Assembly: GCF_011386835.1 (NCBI RefSeq)
Contig: NC_088806.1
Span: forward strand, 27,156,001-27,220,000
DNA length: 64,000 nucleotides
Direction: 5' to 3'
From: Chrysemys picta bellii
Taxonomy: Eukaryota
Below are positions 57,372 through 64,000 of the stretch, piece after piece (the first letter of the stretch is position 1; each line of letters opens with the position of its first letter). The position numbers and the translations under genes are program-made. The notes under the pieces are model-generated. The model searched no databases, was not told the origin of the DNA, and worked only from the letters and a program-made list of their open reading frames with translations.

Positions 57372-60300
57372 TTAGGGGACAATAATATGTGTGGATTCAT
57401 CCACATGGTCTTCATCACATTGCTTTAAAATCAGTTTGCTTAAATTCTCTACTTTCTGAAATGCCAAGAAGTATCCTGGCATTAGTGAAGATTCAAATTT
57501 GAATGCTTGTGTGTCTGTTGGTGAAACTGACTTTTGGATGAAAATGATGTCACTGCTGTTTTCCAGAATTTCTCTGGGAACTTCTTCTTCCTGAAATGGA
57601 GGAAATATGCAGAGTAACTACCAGTGCAAAAACTTGACACTTATCTGTAGTTTTCACATCTCTAACTCAAGAACAGTTTATCATGTTCTAGCAGAGGGTT
57701 TCTCATAACAAATTTTTTGGTTGCCTCAGAGTGCGGCCACCAACTCTTGCTGGTGGCTGCTCTGACAATTTTTCCAAGCTGGAGCACCACTGCCGCAAGG
57801 CTGAAGCCCAGAGCTGGTCCCAGGGGCTGGAGCTGGGGAGGGCTGAAGTCCAGAGCCCACCACTGGACTGGGGGTGGGGGTGGGGATGGGGAGGCTTAAG
57901 CCCAGAGCCCCGGGGCTGAAGCCAGGGAGGGAGGGGTACTGAAGCCCACTCCTGGAGCCCCGGCGAGCTGAAGCCCGAAACCCTTCTGCCCCGGGGAAGG
58001 TGGGTTGGGAACTCACCAGGTGCCTGCGGTGTTGAAGGTTCCTCCCCCACGGAGCACACACCACGGCCCCATGTGCCTGAAGATGTGCTGCCTGGAGTCA
58101 CCAGGAGGCTGTGCAGTGCATGGCACCAATCCCCTGCTGGTGGTGCCAGCAAACATCAAGGCAGCGCATCTAAGAGCAACAGCTGGAAGCTACAGGGAGG
58201 GGCTGCTGCTTTGCCCCCACATCCCCATCTCCGCCTGTACGCGGAGACTTTGGCAAACCAGTAAAGTGATTAAAACCACTATGGCTTATTGTTAAAGACA
58301 GCCTAGTCAGCAAGCTGTAAATTGGCCATTCAGCAGTCTCAGCTTGACCAAGGCAGGAGGGAAGGGGGTTTTGGGTGTCTCAGAAAGGGCAGCTTGACCC
58401 TGCATCCTTCCTGATAAAAATTGTGTTAAAGTTGCTGATACGTGCATTTGAAAAGAGCAAGAATGTCTATTGGGGACTCAAGGCTGCAGGCTCTGGAAAA
58501 ACCCACACCTGGTTAATCAATAATCAGAAGGAGCCTCTTGCTTGCCCATTGGAACTGTTTGCTTGACAAGTTTTCTTTAAGGGGCAAGTCATTCTATTAC
58601 TAATGTATACATAAGGGGGAAAAGCTTGAGATGGGGGACTCTTTGGAACTGGTCTCTCCCTCTGGATGCATCTTGTGTTCCCCACCTGCAGATGGGCTGT
58701 GCCACTCAAGAGCCACACTCTGCTTTGGTAATTATCAAGGGTTGGGGGTGTTTTATTAATCTTGTTGCGGACGTGTGTAAGTGCTTGAGCCTAAATAAAG
58801 GTTAGCTTTAAGTGAAAGCACTCTTGTGTTGCCCTGTTTCAGCCATCTATCGGCCGGACGGCCGTGTCTCCCCTGATTTATTTCCCGACACCTCCTCGCA
58901 CAGAGTAAAAGTTACCAAGAGCTTTGGGTTGAAAGAACCCCGGGTAACACACCCAGGAGGCTGTTGTGGCCACAGAAAAATCCCCTAGTGGCCACATTTG
59001 AGAAATGCTATCTAGCATGTTTTATTTTTTTTCTTAATTTGGGTTCCTGATGTAACTGTTGAGTTAAGGCAAACACTGGACACAGAGGGAGTTACTTACC
59101 CTAAATCGAACAGTCTTTTCCTCACCTTCATCTGTGCAGTACATACAGTAAGTCTTGTTTTCTACCAGGATGCTGAATGCCACGGACATCCCGTCCTCAA
59201 ACCTGTTGTCTTCGTAATAGTGGATGGTGAAGTGCACTCCGCATCCTAAACACAAAGTACTTACTATTAGGAGCCTGTGCGGAAAGAGTTTGCAAACAGC
59301 TATTTAAAAACAGACGCAAAGGGGTTCCAACAGTTTTATTATCCAGGCATCTTACTACTCCACCACAAGCAGCCTCTGTCCATGGCCCTCCTTACAGTTG
59401 AATGGAGCTGGGATTTGTTTTGTGTACTGTCCTGTGACTGCTGATGACAAAAATTCAATTGGACTTCTGTGGGCAAAACAGTTAAGGGCTAGAGAGTGTG
59501 ATGTCAGTGTGCAAATCCCTTGGAGCACATGCATAAGGTGAGGGTTGCGTTTCCTTCTCATGTTGGATGTAAATAGGATCTGAAAATCTGGCACTGAATA
59601 AATAACTGAAAAAAGTGGGGATATGTAGAGATGGTGCTGATCCACACCAAAAGAGACTGACTAATTGTTCTTAGTGCCAGATACATTGCCTTGCATGTTC
59701 AATGTAAAATGATGCTTCTCACTGACACTTAATACAAAATGGGGATTCAGAACTTTGCTTGCGACAGAGGTCCACCCAGCTTGGTGGCTTTAGAAATCTT
59801 TGCAGCACCTTCCTAGTCCCTGGGCTTCGTTTCAGGCTATAGAGCCACATGCCTCTTTCATGGGTGTGGTTCAGGACAATGTCGGGGGGGGTCGGAGGAA
59901 TTCCCTGATCTTCTGTCTGCCCACAGCTAGAACTTCTGATCTTTGGCTTCTGCTGTGATGTGAAGCTGTACTCAGATTGGCTGACCCCCAAAATGTGCAA
60001 AATCTTTTCTGGAGGGGATTGATGTCTTCTATGTGAGCTTAGCTCTATTCTTAGCTGGCATTAAGGACAAACTACAATTACTAGAAACTGTTGCTAAACT
60101 CAGGTCTATCTGAGGTAATCCAAGAGCTACATGGGGCAAAAGCGTACCTGGAATGAAGAGCTAGGGCAATGGTTATAGGACATGTAGAAGCCAAAAGTAT
60201 CATACCAGGTGTCATCTCTTGATCTGTCATAGGCTCAAATACACTCATGACAGCATTCTCTGGTCCTGGCCGTACCATGAGTACCTGATTAGATATGTTT

Positions 60301-62499
60301 CGAAAGATCTGGTGCTGTAGAGCGTAGTTTGCCTTCTTCCAGTAGTCGCACTCCAGACCTTTTAATATATACATTAATCAGACAGTCACAACTAACTCCA
60401 CTCTTCCCAGAAACAACTAGGGACTTTGGCATAGTCCAAAGAATGCCAGAAAGCCCCTTTAGCCTGTCTCCTGACCTAGTTCCACACAAAATGGTTGGTG
60501 GTGCCCACCTTATAACTTTTAGCTGAGTGGTTCGAGCACTCAGCTGGGATGTTGGAGGTTCAGTTCCCCCCTCCCTGACAGAGGGGAAGAAAGGATTTGA
60601 ACAGGGGTATCCCACCTCTCAGGAGGATGTGCTAACCACTGAAGAATGGGATATTCATTCTGATGTGGGGTTCCCTCCATCTCTCCTGTTGAAGCTGTTC
60701 CACCATGGATAAATAATGAAAGAGTGATTGGAGCAGGTGGACTGGCCCCGGGGCTTCTGCCCCTGAGGGGGGTGTCCAAAGAGCTGGGCGCTAGACTCAT
60801 TCTCTTGCTCTCTGGCCAAATGACTCTTTCATTATAGAAATTATAGAGTGGGCAGAGGCAGCACCGTCACCGCCTCCTCCTCCCTTGGATTTTGAATGGG
60901 GCCGATTCAGTAGGTGTGCTCAGAGGGCGTCAGCTGGCTTGGGCCTCTTGGGCGAGGCATTCAGCCACCGATCGTCTCCCAGTTTGTGAATCACTCCGGG
61001 GCTTAGGTGGGAGGTAGGTGTCTGGACGCCTAGTGTGAGGCAGCTGTGTGGGCCCTAGAGGCAGAAACTTAGGCATCTAGGGAACCTTCTACTCTGAAAA
61101 ACTTAGGCACCAAGTGAGTTTAGGTGCTTACTGGGTTTGGTGGATCACAGCAGGGTCTTAAGTTGATGAGTGGATTCTATCTTTACTCTCGTCCCCAAAC
61201 TGCCCACCAACCAGTTTGTGCTCAGGGAGCAGCCTCCATGTGATAGACTGAAGAGCCCTGCTCTCCATGTTCCGTCATTGGAAGATGGCCCAGGATGTGC
61301 ATTTGCTCTTCCAGTTTAGACTTCAGAAGAGACGGCTGAATACAGGTAAGGACAGTGGATGGAGTACCCTATAGGTGGCCTTTCCCCAATCCTCACAGCC
61401 ACCTGGGTGCCAGGTGAGCTGCTCCAGCTGCAGAACATCTTTGACTTGGAGTCACTTAATGAACTCAGGAAGGAGGGAGTTTTTCCCATGCCCACCATTC
61501 GTGTGTTAAGGTCACTACCAAACACTGATGAACACCATGTTGGGGGGGAGATTAGCCAACCGTGTTGGGAATGGCAAGCAGCTCAGCGCTAGTGGAGTAC
61601 AGTCATAAATGTCGAGCAAATTTCAATTTTACCTTCATCATCTGTGTTCCAAGTGAGCGACGAAAGGGGAGAAGAGAAACAACTGTTAGACTGTATACAA
61701 ACAACAGATCATTTTCTAACCAGTTTCATTCCCCAGTGTCAGTTGGAAAGCCCACCTCCACCACAACCATCACCCCTTCCCATTATCCTTTCTCTGGAGA
61801 TGTCGTATAAGCAGCAAGTGGCCCATCAACCGAGGTACTGAGTCTGCAGTGCTCCAGATTGATGCTTATGAGGATACTGAAGTGAAATCAGAACAACAAT
61901 GATTTAAAAACAATTCCGCATTTTAATAGCTGAAATTATAGAGGGCTCAAGCCAGGTCTACGCAACAGACTGTATCAAAATAACGACATCGCTCAGGGAT
62001 GTGGATGAACTATGCTGATGGGAGAAGCCCTCCTGTCAGCGTAGTAGTGGCTTCATTAAAGCCCTAAAGTGGTGCAGCTGCACCAGAACAGCTGCGCTGT
62101 AGCACTGTAATTGAAAACAAGCCCTTGGACTGTTCACTTGAATCTCCAGAAACAGGTTTGGCTCCATTAACTTCTTAAAGAGCATGCTGGGAAGGCTGGC
62201 TCAGAGACCCAGAACCCTGTCCAAGCAGAAAGCCTAGCTTCACCTGCCAAATTGTCATTCGCCAAGCTGTAGGGATCAGCATTGCTCTGAAGGTTATGGA
62301 GAAGCAAAGTGGGAGGCTACAGAAGTACATAAGTCAACCCGAGCAATGGATTGAATTGCCTGGCAAGTGCTGGTCAGCTGCACAGAAATCCCAAAATGCA
62401 CACCCCATCCAGATATAAAAGACAAGAGTTACCTGCAAAATAGAGGTCAGAATCTTGCCCAAATGTCACTGCAAACACGCGGATCTCTTCACAGCTCAT
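57372..62499 (-). CDS. IL18: Interleukin-18 precursor, 197 aa, 5 coding exons
   Basis: Minus-strand exons 62499-62433, 61641-61633 (9 nt), 60358-60206, 59245-59100 and 57590-57372; 594 nt in frame. MSCEEIRVFAVTFGQDSDLYFADDEGLECD|YWKK...FRNISNQVLMVRPG...VFEPMTDQE...GMSVAFSILVENKTYCMYC...DIIFIQKSVS...AFKFESSLMPGYFLAFQK...KLILK. This resembles sauropsid IL-18, with a caspase-1-type LECD site and no signal peptide; the position next to SDHD is syntenic. Confidence 0.92.
57693..59009. mobile_element. hAT-like element in the last IL18 intron, interrupted by an LTR
   Basis: Degenerate TIRs gagggtttctca / tgagaaatgct; flanks ttctagca / atctagca; interior of gggctgaagccc-type repeats. Confidence 0.5.
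58236..58949 (+). mobile_element. Solo LTR nested in the hAT-like element
   Basis: Termini tgtac...ggtaaca; internal AATAAA near 58794; 4-bp flanks cgcc / cacc (compatible with CpG decay). The left boundary is uncertain; an alternative TG start is at 58290. Confidence 0.5.
61951..62125. mobile_element. Degenerate Harbinger-type MITE in IL18 intron
   Basis: Ends gccaggtctac / aaacaagccct resemble the TIRs at 55773-55976. Confidence 0.35.
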
Positions 62500-64000
62500 C
62501 TTCACTCTGAGCAGATCGAAGGGAAAGGGTTCAGAGATGGGAACAATATGTCTCACCCTCCAGATCTAGAGGGATAACTTGGGCCAGTTCTCTGCTCTCA
62601 GCTGGTGCACAGTAATGCCCACAACAGGGCTGGGAGGGAGATGGAAGTGTTTCACTACACATCAGTGGGAGGGCTGACGTTACCACTTAATACAGGGGAG
62701 AGGGCAGACTGATTTTTATTTTATTTCACTTTTTGTAGTGCCTGCCATAGACTCTTGAGTATCTGTTTCTCCATTACCTTGTACCTTGTGTCATTTAAAC
62801 CAGTGTATACTGGATGTAAAATACTAGAATTATGGGTTGATTCTGTTTTACACTTTTTCACTCTTGTGGGGTAAATGAGATCACAAGATGTAGGGCAACA
62901 AAGAAAGACTAAGGCCTGGAGTGCTTTATGCTAATTAAACAATAGTTCATACAAATTTGTAAATGTCACCCACTTAATGAATTGCTCATAACAAACCTAA
63001 AATGGTGATAGCTCAGCAAAATGCCATGTCACCATTTAATCTTCCCTACTGCGCCTGCAAAAAGTTATGTTATCTTGTGTGCATTTGGTTTATTCTTTCC
63101 AATGTGGGATCCTATGGGATCTTAGTGTGACCTATAAAGTTGTAGGGACTGGGCTAATGCAGTGCTCCCAGCAGGGAAGGGGGATGTAATTTATTTTGCA
63201 GTGGCAGAGATTTGCTCATGGGCAGGTTTTTAACCATATTTTTAGTCCAAGTTGAATTCTGGCTCTGTGACCTTGATGCGACCTCTTTAAAGTGAGCCAG
63301 CAGACATCTAGAAGAGGAGGCTAAAATGTTTCACCCAGAGGATAACAAACTTTATTTACCAAAAGACTTGCATCTTCAAACCTGGAGATTATCTCCACAA
63401 ACCTGCTTGTAGTTCCGCCCCCCTGCCTTCATGGCTAACTTGAAACTTTAGGAGGTGTGCTTAGATCTTTCATGTTCTTACAGGTTCATGCTGTGCAACA
63501 GCCTCTTCAAGTGACGTATGGTGGTCAGATGAGTAGACTTTGCCCCCTCCTACCTAAAGGCAAAGTGAGCTAGAGCTGCTGCTGACGCATGTGCCCAGAC
63601 CAGTAATGGCCATAAAACTGCCAGGCCTGTTCAGTTTACATACAGCTACCCACCCTCTTTTGTTTTGTTTGACATCAGATTTTATAGGTTGATTTGAGGA
63701 GACTCTGTGCAGGTCACAAACATCCCTGTCTTCAGTGCTAGGAGCATGTCAGGAAAGGCGTATGGGATGTGGTCATCTGTCTTGCCTGGGATTTGACCCA
63801 TGAGTTTCAGGGTTCCAAATCAGCAATTCCATTGCTGTTAGTACTATTAGTTGTCAATGGTGGCAACCCAAATACTCTGGTGACCAGAAGAGAGAGACCA
63901 ATACACATAGGTGCGTATGCATGGGCACATTTCTTGTTTGCACAGTGCAGTACACCAGGTCTGGCAAGAGGCTGGGATATTATAGAAGAGCTTTTAAAAG

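Overview
Vertebrate genomic DNA, most likely from a turtle: it carries a tortoise-type tRNA-derived SINE with a CR1 tail, Harbinger MITEs and Penelope-derived short repeats. The window holds the conserved block DIXDC1 (last three coding exons, +), DLAT (14 coding exons, +), PIH1D2 (-), NKAPD1/C11orf57 (+), TIMM8B (-), SDHD (+) and IL18 (-). This matches the gene order at human 11q23. Exon structures were read by hand from splice sites and reading-frame continuity. PIH1D2/NKAPD1 and TIMM8B/SDHD each share a bidirectional CpG-island promoter. No new protein-coding system is evident; the long extra ORFs come from G/C-rich minisatellites and CpG islands. The most interesting non-genic signals are: Penelope-type minimal hammerhead-ribozyme motifs (best at 38945-38984); a perfect 53-bp inverted repeat in SDHD intron 3; a solo LTR whose CCAAT/TATA promoter and splice donor point toward PIH1D2; a GC-AG intron and an RFX X-box at PIH1D2; and a 9-nt IL18 microexon beside the caspase-1 site. 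Repeat family names are from recalled motifs, not from a database search.
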